Virus record (IMG/VR): IMGVR_UViG_3300020598_000119
Length of the DNA stretch: 64,000 nt
Direction: 5' to 3' (one strand)
DNA from: a virus
Lineage: Duplodnaviria > Caudoviricetes
Positions 40,337-49,724 of this stretch are shown in pieces (positions within the stretch are counted from its first letter, which is position 1; the number at the start of each line of letters is the position of its first letter). The notes beneath the pieces are model-generated. The model saw only the letters and a program-made list of their open reading frames with translations. It did not search any database and was not told the DNA's origin. The position numbers and the translations under genes are program-made.

Positions 40337-40419
40337 CGTCTCCAATTTTCGCTTCCGCCACCTAGGCGGGGTTCTAAGAGTAAAATCATTCTTCGTCTTG
40401 CAAGGATCAAACGCATTCC

Positions 40420-41751
40420 TCAAAAATTCATCGTGCCGAGCAGGCTTTCGAGCGCGTCCTCGTCATCCGCCGACAATGTGGACACATCGTTTGCTGGCAT
40501 AAACGAAGCTGGACCTAGCTTTCGCTCTACTGCCACCCGCGTGATCACCGTTTCAGGAATACCTTCAAAATATCCCCGCTCACACAGACGATGTTTTTTC
40601 ACGGTGCCACGAAGGACATACGCTTCCCCTTGGTCCAGTTTTGAGGTGCCGCTCGCCTTCCAGCTCAGGAGGTTGTTATCGGCATCTATCATGGTGATGT
40701 AGCTGACCGTGCCATAATGCCCTTCAAACTCTTTGACACTGAACACCTTGCCGACGAATTCAAAACGTTCACCGACGTCACGTACGGGTAGCGAGCGTTC
40801 AACTAGTGAACGAACGTTGGCGGCTTTTTGGTCACGCTTCAGCTTTTCAATATAGGAGCTGGCTGCAGCGGTAAGCATGGCTACATCATGCATGCTGGCA
40901 TACTTCTTCATCGTTGCCGCTACGACATTACGATTGAAATCTCGGTCGGAATTGTTGACGAAATGCTGAACGAGATTGTCGGCCGCGAGAAAGTCCGCCT
41001 CCGTGACCAAAATCTCATCATCACCGAGGTCATCTCGACGATATTTTACGAGATCCGTCATGACATGCCGCCACGAAGCGTCAATGTGATCCAGCTTGGC
41101 CTGGCTGGAACTGACAAACCCATGATCGCTGACATGTCGGATCGCAACCGCGAGAACAAGGCGCACGTCCTCATCAAAAGCCATTGGATCGGCTTCAGGA
41201 TTTTCATCAGCGAACTGCTTGATCGAATGCAAAATCTTGCCGACTTCCTGCAGTCCTTCATGAAACGCATGGCCAAGTCGATAGCCCGTAAAGGCCTCTA
41301 CGCAGCTCGAACCGACTTCAAAATGCCTATCGTCTTTGTTGTTCTGCAAAACCCACGAGATAGAGCGATTACGGCTATAGCCGCAATGGTCACAGCACAG
41401 CTTGTCTCGACATCCAATTTCAACTGGAATACAACCGAAATTCGAAGTGACAACATCACCTTCTTTATTTCGCTTGTAATATCGAGAGCCAACGAAAGAA
41501 AAATCTCCCACGTCAGGCGAAAAGTTTGCCAATCTAACAACTGCCATTCGAGAGACTACACGTCGAGTCTGAGATGAATTCCCGTTGATCCGTGCTAGGG
41601 CGTCGTGAACGTAATGCTCACGCTCAATCACTTGTTCCACATTCATAGTAGGAACAGGCAAACCGCTCTTGCGAGCGCGCAAGGCCGCCTTATTGACACG
41701 CCCTTGCACGCCGATAACCTTATTTTCTGGCAATTCAAATATAAGTTCCAC
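40420..41751 (-). CDS. Hypothetical protein with Zn-finger and C-terminal OB-fold (nucleic-acid binding)
   Basis: CDHCG..R..VGSSC; C-terminal FEFVGKV..YGTV..NLLSWKAS..LRGTVKKH..TVITRV; GTG start with SD GGAG. Confidence 0.7.
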   Translation of the reverse strand: MELIFELPENKVIGVQGRVNKAALRARKSGLPVPTMNVEQVIEREHYVHDALARINGNSSQTRRVVSRMAVVRLANFSPDVGDFSFVGSRYYKRNKEGDVVTSNFGCIPVEIGCRDKLCCDHCGYSRNRSISWVLQNNKDDRHFEVGSSCVEAFTGYRLGHAFHEGLQEVGKILHSIKQFADENPEADPMAFDEDVRLVLAVAIRHVSDHGFVSSSQAKLDHIDASWRHVMTDLVKYRRDDLGDDEILVTEADFLAADNLVQHFVNNSDRDFNRNVVAATMKKYASMHDVAMLTAAASSYIEKLKRDQKAANVRSLVERSLPVRDVGERFEFVGKVFSVKEFEGHYGTVSYITMIDADNNLLSWKASGTSKLDQGEAYVLRGTVKKHRLCERGYFEGIPETVITRVAVERKLGPASFMPANDVSTLSADDEDALESLLGTMNF

Positions 41752-42034
41752 GACTAGGACTCCTATCCGTGAAATCACGATAGGGAGGCACTTTGTAAGC
41801 AACAAGCGGAAAGGAAGAGGCCCTGGCAACTGAATAATTGCCAGGGCCATGCCATCGGTGAAGCGCCAACAACGTCCATTGTCCAGCACTACAATTATGA
41901 TGTTGTAGATTTGTTCCCACATTGGCAAGGGTTTATTTGTAAAAATTATTGACTAAATTCACGGACTTAGAAAATCGTGGTAATTTGCAGAATTTCTATC
42001 CACTCTAATTTTAAACTAGGAAGGCGAGGGTAAT

Positions 42035-42889
42035 ATGCGGCGAGCACAGAGCGTAAAGCTGATCAAGGACGAAAATGGCAACGCATATGCGGTCCACCTT
42101 GAGGCCGACCATTGCGCCGAACACGAATGGGGCATCGAGCGCATCCATATGTTCCTGGAAGCTCCTGTCACTGAACAGGACGGCATTGGTCGCTACACCA
42201 TGGCAGCAGACGACTATACCAAGGAACGCGTGCGTCGCCTGACCGTGGCATCGTCAAAAATCGAGACCTACTACGAATGGAACACCGATACTCATCGCGT
42301 CAGCAAGGTCAAGGGCACCGTTGCGCGGCTTCGTTTCGGCTATCCTGATGAAAAGCCTAGCGGGAAAAGCGACATACGATCTGACACCAAGATGAACGGA
42401 GCCTTCGACAGCGGAGGATTCGAGGTCGCAGGTTTCTCTGATGAATCCCGCGCGTTCATTAAACAACTGCACGCTGCACTACTTGCAGGCGATTTCGCGG
42501 CCCATATGGGCGGTAGAGCAACTCCCTTCGGCGGGGGAGGCCTCAACCTGTCGATTCCTTCATTGATACCAGAAGCCGTGAAGGATGACGTCCTCAACGC
42601 TCATCTTGACCACAAGCGCTTGATGGAAGCTGCAAAGGCAACTGGCATCTATGAGATTCTTGATACTGTCAAAGACCGTGGCGAATTCGGCTATTTTGCT
42701 TTGTCTCCACGCTGGGCATTCGATGATGAGAAGACGGCAACGGATCACCCGGTAATGTTTTGGCTCAACCCCAGTTCGAATACCGCGAACTACGGCTGGT
42801 TCACCGTTGAAGATCTGGTCTCTTGGACCAAAGGCGCAGGTCCCGTGCTGAAAGAAAAGCTCGAAAACACCAACACGATGAAGATGTAA
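42035..42889 (+). CDS. Hypothetical protein
   Basis: ADHCAEHEWGI and FWLNP..NYGWFT motifs; SD GAGG. Confidence 0.8.
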   Translation: MRRAQSVKLIKDENGNAYAVHLEADHCAEHEWGIERIHMFLEAPVTEQDGIGRYTMAADDYTKERVRRLTVASSKIETYYEWNTDTHRVSKVKGTVARLRFGYPDEKPSGKSDIRSDTKMNGAFDSGGFEVAGFSDESRAFIKQLHAALLAGDFAAHMGGRATPFGGGGLNLSIPSLIPEAVKDDVLNAHLDHKRLMEAAKATGIYEILDTVKDRGEFGYFALSPRWAFDDEKTATDHPVMFWLNPSSNTANYGWFTVEDLVSWTKGAGPVLKEKLENTNTMKM

Positions 42890-43908
42890 TGACAGGGACC
42901 ACTATGACGGAAAAGACCATTAGCCTTCGGGCTACACTCCCGCTTGCGAAGCCCGCTCGAAAGCAAGCCTTCGGTTTCCTTTCCGTCGACGTCACGATCC
43001 GCGAACTTGACTCAATCGAGGAAAACTCTGTTCTCGATTATGCGCGGGTGACGATCCTCCATAGAGGTCCCAATCGAAATATTCCGAAGATCGTCGACAT
43101 CAAGGACTTCGAGAACAGCTACTGGAGGAGGGTCGAGAACGACCGCTTCTACACAGAGGCGGCAGAAATTCTCCAGAATTGCAGCGATGCAGGTCTGACG
43201 AAAATACTCGATAAGTCGATCCCGCTCATCAGTGCTGATTATCCAAACCCTCAACCGATATCTGCATTCAAGGCGGATGACGTGCAGGAACTGATGTCGA
43301 ATTTGTCAAAGGCAACTGAAAACCTGATGCTCTTTAAGGGGGAAGTGTTTCGAACCACTCCAGAGCCTACATGGATCGTGACGGAAGCGAAGGGTCATGA
43401 TGCAGGTCTGATCGTCCAGCCATTTCTCGGAACCCCACGGCACAAACAGAACACGGCGTTCTTCGCAGCAGACCAACGAGAGCGAGCTGAAGAATTCGCG
43501 GACACGCTGGCTTGCGAACTGAACGTGACCCGCTTCCCTACCAAAGGCGAAATTGCTGAAGGTGACTTTTTCGGAACCAGCTTCGACCAGACTGCTTTCG
43601 CAAACGAGCGGCTCGTGGACCTTTACCAGCGAGTAGTCTTCAGCCTTCATGGTGACGTACCCGATCATATCCTTTCCGCCGCAATGAGGCTGAAGGAGCA
43701 AGAAGATTCGCCCGCAAAGATCATAAGTGCCCTCATGTTGCATCAAGACCTGAAAGCTACCAACTCAGGAGGCCCTGCCGTTAATGCATTTCTCGGGGTG
43801 GCTGAAAGTTCGGCACTCCTCGTAGCTTCCCTAAATGAAGGACGCGAACTGTCGATGGGTGAAATATCTCTCCTTGACGAAAAACTATCCGAACTAGCCC
43901 TTTCCTGA
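42889..43908 (+). CDS. Hypothetical protein, third member of the 9575-11053 paralog family
   Basis: TAATG coupling to the upstream gene; VDVTIREL and LMLFKGEVFRTTPEP motifs. Confidence 0.7.
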   Translation: MTGTTMTEKTISLRATLPLAKPARKQAFGFLSVDVTIRELDSIEENSVLDYARVTILHRGPNRNIPKIVDIKDFENSYWRRVENDRFYTEAAEILQNCSDAGLTKILDKSIPLISADYPNPQPISAFKADDVQELMSNLSKATENLMLFKGEVFRTTPEPTWIVTEAKGHDAGLIVQPFLGTPRHKQNTAFFAADQRERAEEFADTLACELNVTRFPTKGEIAEGDFFGTSFDQTAFANERLVDLYQRVVFSLHGDVPDHILSAAMRLKEQEDSPAKIISALMLHQDLKATNSGGPAVNAFLGVAESSALLVASLNEGRELSMGEISLLDEKLSELALS

Positions 43909-44879
43909 GCCTGAGACCTATCAACTGGAACAGACAGCCGTCTGAAGAACGGTTTCGGGCGCGAAGTCGTCAATGCAGAGTGGGTAGTTACCCCGTTACG
44001 GATGACCTTCGGGGTGTCATCTCTCCGATTCAGAATAGAATCTGGGTTAAAGGCGGAAATTTCTTTCCGCCCCCCTTCTGGGCACAGTTCTGCCTCATGC
44101 GCCTTCCATGACATTACAGTCAGCGCATCGGCCAGCTGACGAAGGACGGGGTTTGTAGTGCGGCGAGCTAACTTGAACGCCTTGACGTCCAATGGCTCTT
44201 TGTATGGCTCCGGCCTGCAGGCATCTGAAAAGCTGATCTCAACAGTGTTAGGAGACTTCCCTGGCCTTCGGCGGATAAGTCCGGCTTGCTCCAGCTCGAT
44301 GAAATAGTTTCGGATCGTGCGAGTGGTCCGTCCCAACTGCATCGCTATCGAGCACGTGTATGTAATTAAGGTCTTTGCCTTGCCTGCCTTTGACAGCAAC
44401 AACGCGAGGCATGTTTTAGCCCCATCGCGGACAAAGCCGTCCAAAAGCGCGTCGAGCGACATCTTCGGCACGAACATACCGTCAGTCTTTGGCAGGATGC
44501 GCTTCTTGCGACGGTTTCGAGTGAGATAGACTCCACGTGGAGCAGGCCGCTTCTTTGCCTCGCTCAGTGCGATTTGGTTCTCACAGAACGCCTCCGCGAC
44601 TTCGAGAGACCACAGTCCCTCTCTATAGCCGACATAGATCGCCTGCATCGGAGGCATCGAATCTTGGCGCTGACGAATGTATTCTAGGACATGCAGAGGG
44701 ATTGGCTTCGTCTTTGCAAAACGAGGTTCATCGCCTCGCGCAATGACAGCCGCCAATTTGGCCACAATGTCATAGCCGAATTCGCCCCGTGCCGCCGCAG
44801 CTGTTGCTGCGTGAAGGCTCTCTGCAGGGGAACCAGCAATGATATATGGCTCTAGCTCCGCTGGTAACGTTGCGGACAT
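43743..44879 (-). CDS. Winged-HTH protein, candidate second replication initiator/regulator
   Basis: AKTCLALLLS..SIAMQLGRTTRTIRNYFIELEQAGLIRR; SD GGAG before ATG 44879; 3' end overlaps the convergent gene by 166 bp. Confidence 0.7.
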   Translation of the reverse strand: MSATLPAELEPYIIAGSPAESLHAATAAAARGEFGYDIVAKLAAVIARGDEPRFAKTKPIPLHVLEYIRQRQDSMPPMQAIYVGYREGLWSLEVAEAFCENQIALSEAKKRPAPRGVYLTRNRRKKRILPKTDGMFVPKMSLDALLDGFVRDGAKTCLALLLSKAGKAKTLITYTCSIAMQLGRTTRTIRNYFIELEQAGLIRRRPGKSPNTVEISFSDACRPEPYKEPLDVKAFKLARRTTNPVLRQLADALTVMSWKAHEAELCPEGGRKEISAFNPDSILNRRDDTPKVIRNGVTTHSALTTSRPKPFFRRLSVPVDRSQAQERASSDSFSSRRDISPIDSSRPSFREATRSAELSATPRNALTAGPPELVAFRS

Positions 44880-44976
44880 AGCTCCACCCTTCGGAGACGC
44901 AAAAGCACGCCTCTCCTGGCAAGCAATTGGTGTCTCAAGGCACAAAAATTCGTGCTTCCGGAGTCACCGAAAGTGC

Positions 44977-45005
44977 TTGCTCTCCAACGATGTGTGGGCT
45001 AGTTT
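44977..45005 (+). promoter_or_regulatory. Sigma70-like promoter for an antisense RNA
   Basis: TTGCTC-N17-TAGTTT. Confidence 0.6.
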
Positions 45006-45010
45006 CGAAC

Positions 45011-45081
45011 CTGCTTGTGGTGGTCAAAACCCAACCCTATTAAGAGAAGCCTGATGTGCGCCAACACGTCGGGCTTCTTTG
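45011..45081 (+). ncRNA. Predicted counter-transcribed RNA (about 70 nt), antisense to the leader of the wHTH gene
   Basis: Promoter upstream; 14-bp stem AGAAGCCTGATGTG/CACGTCGGGCTTCT plus TT; its two G-U pairs form only on the + strand. Confidence 0.6.
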
Positions 45082-45196
45082 CTTCCAGCCTCAGAAATCT
45101 CTCAAATCACTATCTCCTGCGTACAATGATGCGATTGTCACAAAGGGGTACCCGATTCTTGTCGCAGGAGTCATCGGGAGGTATTGCGGGCACTGG

Positions 45197-46149
45197 GGTA
45201 GGTTTATGAGGCAGATTGCACTTTTTTGAGCCTCGATAGGGAGGTTTTAGAGGCACCTGAAGTTTGCGGGTGCTGGCCTGTGGGTAGGTTTAAGGAGCAG
45301 TTGGGAGGCCGCCTGCCTAGCAGCGATGTCTCCGTAGCTCTCTCCAAAGATGCTCCCGCCATTCATTCCTCGCCGCTGCTGACCTGCCCGCATTTTGAGG
45401 AGGTTTAAGAGACGGTTGGGTTACAGGGTCCCGAAGTGCCCGATCAGCAGGTAGGTATAAGAGGCACTTGGCACCTCACGCCGCCCCTCAAAGGTTAGAG
45501 CCGGGAGGTCTAAGAGGCACTTGCACATTTTATGAGCAGCCATTGGGTAGCGGAGGGGAGGTTTAAGAGGCACTTGGCGGTAACCTCAGCTACTTGGGTC
45601 GGTGACAGGTAGGTTTAAGGAGCACTTGGCTTCCATGCCCTGACGGCCACCCACCGGCATTGATGGCCACGATCAAAGGCTCAATGGCAACCGCCCTTGG
45701 AATGCGCTCGATGGGGAGGAATAAGAGGCCACGCGTGCGCCCCCAATAACCAGGGAGGTCTAAGAGGCACTTGAGAACACTCCGAGCCGTGGTGCCAAGG
45801 TAGGTAGGTATAGGAGGCGCTCCGGTTTACAGCTAGAAATGGGGTCGACTAGGGAGGTTTAGCGGGCGCATGATTCGGAAATGCACTCGTCTCTGATTCC
45901 TCTTCTGGACTGTGCAATGCACGCAGAGGGTAGGTTTAAGAGGCACTTCGAATCGCAAACCCCTCAAAGTTCCTGATCGATAGGGAGGTTTAGGAGGCAC
46001 TTGGCGTTTCAGGCCTGATTTCCTGTGCAACAAGCCTACTTACCTCTTTCTCGATTTCGGATTCCGAAAGAATCGGATTACGTCTTTGAAATGGAAGGTA
46101 TCGCCAACCAGGTAGGTTTAAGAGGCGCATAGGTAGGTATTAGGAGCGC
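45197..46149 (+). repeat. Iteron array / replication origin: about 16 direct repeats, consensus GG(T/G)AGGT(T)TAAGAGGCACTTG
   Basis: Copies start at 45197, 45239, 45283, 45398, 45450, 45503, 45556, 45608, 45714, 45753, 45803, 45852, 45929, 45983, 46111, 46132, directly upstream of the rep gene. Confidence 0.88.
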
Positions 46150-46215
46150 TTATAGATTCTACTTGAAAGCCCCTTCGGATCTATTTATGAGCACTCCTCA
46201 TACGGAGAACAATTT

Positions 46216-47364
46216 ATGGGAAATCAAATTGCGGGTGAATTGACGCTCAAGAACAACGTCAAAATTCTTTCTGATGCAAAGGCGAAGAAAGAGAAGCGCG
46301 AAGTGACTGAATACCTTCAGACATCGCTGTTCTCCTTGCTAGAACAGAACCAGACCAATTGCACTGCCCTATACGACCTTGCCCCGCGTTTCATTAGCCG
46401 CGTTGAGCGGCCGGACGACACGGCGTATTTGGTCGCCATCAAAAAGGATTTCACCTTCAACGGCGAGCCATATCGCGTGACTGTAAGCCCTGCACGCGTG
46501 ATCCAGCAGGATGGCAGTGAACGCGACGAGCTGCCCGGCGAGCGCGAACAGCTTGTTGAAGACGTCATTCGCAGGATGGCGGCTGATTGTATGAAGGTCC
46601 ATCAGGACCAAATTGAGATACCGTTCTCGATCTATGCCATTCATCGGGAACTCATGCGCCATGGCCACACCTTCAGCAAGCAGGAGGTCAAGGAGGCGCT
46701 CATCATCCTGAACAAGAGCAATATCGAGATCACGAAGATCGTCGAGGAAGGTAGCCGCAAGCCGAAGCCCGTTCTGTCGGCCGCTGCCTACCCTGTCTTG
46801 AAGTTTTCGGATGCGAGCGATCCCGAAAGCACGGCGTCTGTTCAGCTCAACCCGCTACTCGTTCAGGCGATCAAGTCGCTCGCTTTCGAGCAGATCAACT
46901 ACGACTGGATGATGCAGGTGAAGGGGTCCCTGCCTCGGTGGATTTTCAAGTACATTTCTTTGATGCTGGCTGACACAACGGATGACAGCCATACGATCCA
47001 ACTCTCAGCGGCCGAGATCGCTCGTTCTTTCGGCCACATCAGGGTGCGCTGGCGGGCCTCTTTGATGGAAGTCGAAAAAGCATTCGATTCCCTCCAGAAG
47101 TTCGGCATCATTGACAGCATCGAGAAGCAGGAAGTCTATTCAGGGAAAAAGAAGGAAGACATTACCTTCACCGCGAAACTCTCGTCAAAGTTCATGGCCG
47201 ACCGCATCAACGCCAAGGGGCGGCGGTCGTTTATCGAAAGTGAAGTGAAGCGGCGCGTGGAACCGAACCAAGTAGCCAAGTTTTACCCTCTCACAGCAAA
47301 CGAAGCTGGTGACCTTGCCAAGTCCTACAAGGACAACGTGGTCGTATTAGGCAAAGCTAGGTAG
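46216..47364 (+). CDS. Plasmid replication initiator protein (iteron-binding Rep)
   Basis: LYDLAPRF, VTVSPARV, LPGEREQLVEDVIRRMA, FSIYAIHREL..GHTFS..EVKEAL, a pattern I associate with megaplasmid Rep proteins; adjacent iterons. Confidence 0.82.
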   Translation: MGNQIAGELTLKNNVKILSDAKAKKEKREVTEYLQTSLFSLLEQNQTNCTALYDLAPRFISRVERPDDTAYLVAIKKDFTFNGEPYRVTVSPARVIQQDGSERDELPGEREQLVEDVIRRMAADCMKVHQDQIEIPFSIYAIHRELMRHGHTFSKQEVKEALIILNKSNIEITKIVEEGSRKPKPVLSAAAYPVLKFSDASDPESTASVQLNPLLVQAIKSLAFEQINYDWMMQVKGSLPRWIFKYISLMLADTTDDSHTIQLSAAEIARSFGHIRVRWRASLMEVEKAFDSLQKFGIIDSIEKQEVYSGKKKEDITFTAKLSSKFMADRINAKGRRSFIESEVKRRVEPNQVAKFYPLTANEAGDLAKSYKDNVVVLGKAR

Positions 47365-48276
47365 ACGCTCGTCCTTCAGACCGTCCCAACCTTCTGACGG
47401 CATCCATCGTGCATCCGTAGCGGTGTCTTCGGACATTGCGGGGATTAAAAATTCGCGCATTTCTGCGATGACAGCGACGAGGTCTATGTCGTCCTTGAGG
47501 TTCGTCTTACGCAGGAATGCACGCCATGCGCGCTCGTTCTCACGACCGAACTCATCTGACAAACCCGGCATGTTTGGATCGATGACACGGCCTTGGTGCT
47601 CGAATGTATTTGCGATAGCCCGCGACAAGACACTTCCTTCTATCTCGTATGAGTTCTGAATACGCCAGATGTCATAGTAATCCTTGTGTCGGGTGTTATC
47701 GCTGCCGAACTGGGCTATCGCATGAAGCTTCTCAGAGACAATGGTCTCAAGTGGGTACCCAGCAATAACAGGGCAGGGGACGACGTCCGGCAATAACGTT
47801 GGGATCTCCATTGGCACGGCGTCAGGCGTTATGACGTTCTGAAAGCCAACGTCCACGCGGATTTGAATACGGGCAGTATGTACCTTGCCTGTCAAAACCA
47901 CCTTGCCACCAGGAATGATGCCCTCACGATCCTTGAGCGTCTTCATGGTATCGAGATCGAAGGTAACACCGTCATCTGGAACAGGCGTCGAAATGGCCAT
48001 ACGGATCGTCTTCTCGATCTCTTCGATGCCGCCTTCCCCGAAGCCATTAAAGTCTATGTCCTCAGTGGGACGCAGGACATCGCCGTTGTTATAGGCGGCC
48101 AGCATCAGACCTCCCTTGAGACAAAAATTCGAGGCGGCGTCACAGACGGAAATCCGATAGAGAAGTCGCTGCTGGGCGTACAGACGAACAAGCGACTGCA
48201 TATCAAGACCAGACGCCTTAGCCTGGGCCTTCAGCTTGTCATAAACGCTCGCTCCGATATTCTTAGTCTCAGCCAT
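47347..48276 (-). CDS. abiEii: AbiEii-family nucleotidyltransferase toxin (type IV TA)
   Basis: FCLKGG, RPTEDIDF, VDVGF, YPLETIVSEKLHA, NTRHKDYYD; SD AGGAG before ATG 48276. Confidence 0.92.
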   Translation of the reverse strand: MAETKNIGASVYDKLKAQAKASGLDMQSLVRLYAQQRLLYRISVCDAASNFCLKGGLMLAAYNNGDVLRPTEDIDFNGFGEGGIEEIEKTIRMAISTPVPDDGVTFDLDTMKTLKDREGIIPGGKVVLTGKVHTARIQIRVDVGFQNVITPDAVPMEIPTLLPDVVPCPVIAGYPLETIVSEKLHAIAQFGSDNTRHKDYYDIWRIQNSYEIEGSVLSRAIANTFEHQGRVIDPNMPGLSDEFGRENERAWRAFLRKTNLKDDIDLVAVIAEMREFLIPAMSEDTATDARWMPSEGWDGLKDERLPSFA

Positions 48277-48342
48277 ATCTTCTCTCCTGAATTCAAGGTG
48301 AGAGACGGCCATGAAATGAACAAGCCGGAAGTGTCTGGAGAT

Positions 48343-49023
48343 TTAGAAGGAAGGAACCTCTGAGCGCACATAACGAACTGTCTTCGTATATGGGCGGATC
48401 GCCTCGTAACATTTAAAAGTTCGAGCAATCGCAGCAACCGTATCAAATGAAAAGTGCTTCATGTTCTCTGAATTCGTTCGGTTCAACGACTCCAAGAACA
48501 TCTCATCCGTGATTCGGACCTGATCCATGCGCATGCTTGGATTAAACGTGCTGTATCTGAAAAGATCGACAAGGGTTCTCTCTGGAGATGTGACTTTGAC
48601 ATTGACGCCGTCGATCACGTGGTCGTCGACACCAATCTCAAACATATCTGGGTTTCGCCACATCAACGTGTCGATCTCAAGCATCCACTGGTTAGCACCC
48701 ATTGAAGGGCTACCCCCCATTTCTCTAGGCACTGCGACCGACAGCTTCCCTGGAAGCTCTTGCGTCATGTTGTGAAATGAAGCGGCCGACAGAAGACAGA
48801 TCACCGACCTCGGGTACTTCTTAGCAACGAGCGCCCAGTCTGAATGAACATTCGTTTCGAACGATGTCAGACGATAGACACCCCAAGCTGGGTTCTCGAC
48901 CTCATTCGCCCTGATCAGAGAACGCATGATGGTCTTCGTGACACCATGCTTTTTGAGATCGGCCATCGTCAGAGGGCCATCAGCAGCCTTCAACAATTCT
49001 AGGGCGGTTTCGCGAGTGGTCAT
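48343..49023 (-). CDS. abiEi: AbiEi-family antitoxin / transcriptional regulator
   Basis: N-terminal wHTH, WGVYRL, VICLLSAASFH.MTQELP, SPERTLVDLFRY; upstream of abiEii. Confidence 0.9.
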   Translation of the reverse strand: MTTRETALELLKAADGPLTMADLKKHGVTKTIMRSLIRANEVENPAWGVYRLTSFETNVHSDWALVAKKYPRSVICLLSAASFHNMTQELPGKLSVAVPREMGGSPSMGANQWMLEIDTLMWRNPDMFEIGVDDHVIDGVNVKVTSPERTLVDLFRYSTFNPSMRMDQVRITDEMFLESLNRTNSENMKHFSFDTVAAIARTFKCYEAIRPYTKTVRYVRSEVPSF

Positions 49024-49037
49024 ATTGCTCCCTTTCT

Positions 49038-49060
49038 ATGACAAGCATATAGTCTGTCAT
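49038..49060. promoter_or_regulatory. AbiEi operator palindrome 1
   Basis: ATGACA-N11-TGTCAT (23 bp) immediately upstream of abiEi. Confidence 0.75.
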
Positions 49061-49090
49061 GGAAAGAAGCAAGAACATAGCACCTTCTAA

Positions 49091-49113
49091 ATGACAGATT
49101 GCTATCTTGTCAT
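49091..49113. promoter_or_regulatory. AbiEi operator palindrome 2
   Basis: ATGACA-N11-TGTCAT (23 bp). Confidence 0.75.
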
Positions 49114-49361
49114 AAAAAGGGAGCAATTCTCAGCCTGATGCATCCAGTTCACAGTTCAGTTTGCCGCCGTCGATCTAAGGACAAGGCTAATGCTTGTTGT
49201 TGCAAGGCACTCCACTGAAAAACTCCAATGAACAAAAAGAGCGAGACGCCCATACCCGTACCTAGAATTATTTTTGATTTATATTCGTGTCGTCGATTGA
49301 TTTTCGATTTAAAACCCGATACGAGGTTCCTCGTAATTATTTCACAATTGAAAGCCCCCTC

Positions 49362-49397
49362 CCTTTCCATGACAAGATGCGTTCTGTCATGGAAAGG
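49362..49397. promoter_or_regulatory. Third, distal copy of the operator palindrome
   Basis: CCTTTCCATGACA-N10-TGTCATGGAAAGG. Confidence 0.65.
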
Positions 49398-49562
49398 CGG
49401 CATTTACGTTTGCGCAAGCCAAGCAACCAAAGACAGTACGCCGAAGCTGGCCGCAGATTACAATGACCCAGGCCCTACGCACAGAGCAGCCATGCGCAAA
49501 CATCCATTTAATTAATGTGATTCATTGATTATCTATGAATTTGTAAACAGAAGGATAATACC

Positions 49563-49709
49563 ATGAAAATTATGAGAGCATACAACAACTGGCGTCGATA
49601 TCGTGACACAGTGAACGAGCTGAACTCGCTTTCCAACCGCGAGTTGACCGATCTCGGCATTTCACGCGCTGACATCCCTTACATTGCCAAGCAGGCGGCC
49701 GTTCGCTGA
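49563..49709 (+). CDS. DUF1127 (YjiS-like) small Arg-rich protein, 48 aa (absent from ORF track)
   Basis: MKIMRAYNNWRRYRDTVNELNSLSNRELTDLGISRADIPYIAKQAAVR; SD AAGGA. Confidence 0.92.
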   Translation: MKIMRAYNNWRRYRDTVNELNSLSNRELTDLGISRADIPYIAKQAAVR

Positions 49710-49724
49710 TGCTGCGCCAACGAA

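Noticed and set aside
45197-46149. CRISPR array (repeats of about 21 bp with unique spacers of about 32 bp)
   Set aside because: Repeats are degenerate, non-palindromic and irregularly spaced, there are no cas genes in the window, and the array abuts a Rep gene; iterons fit better
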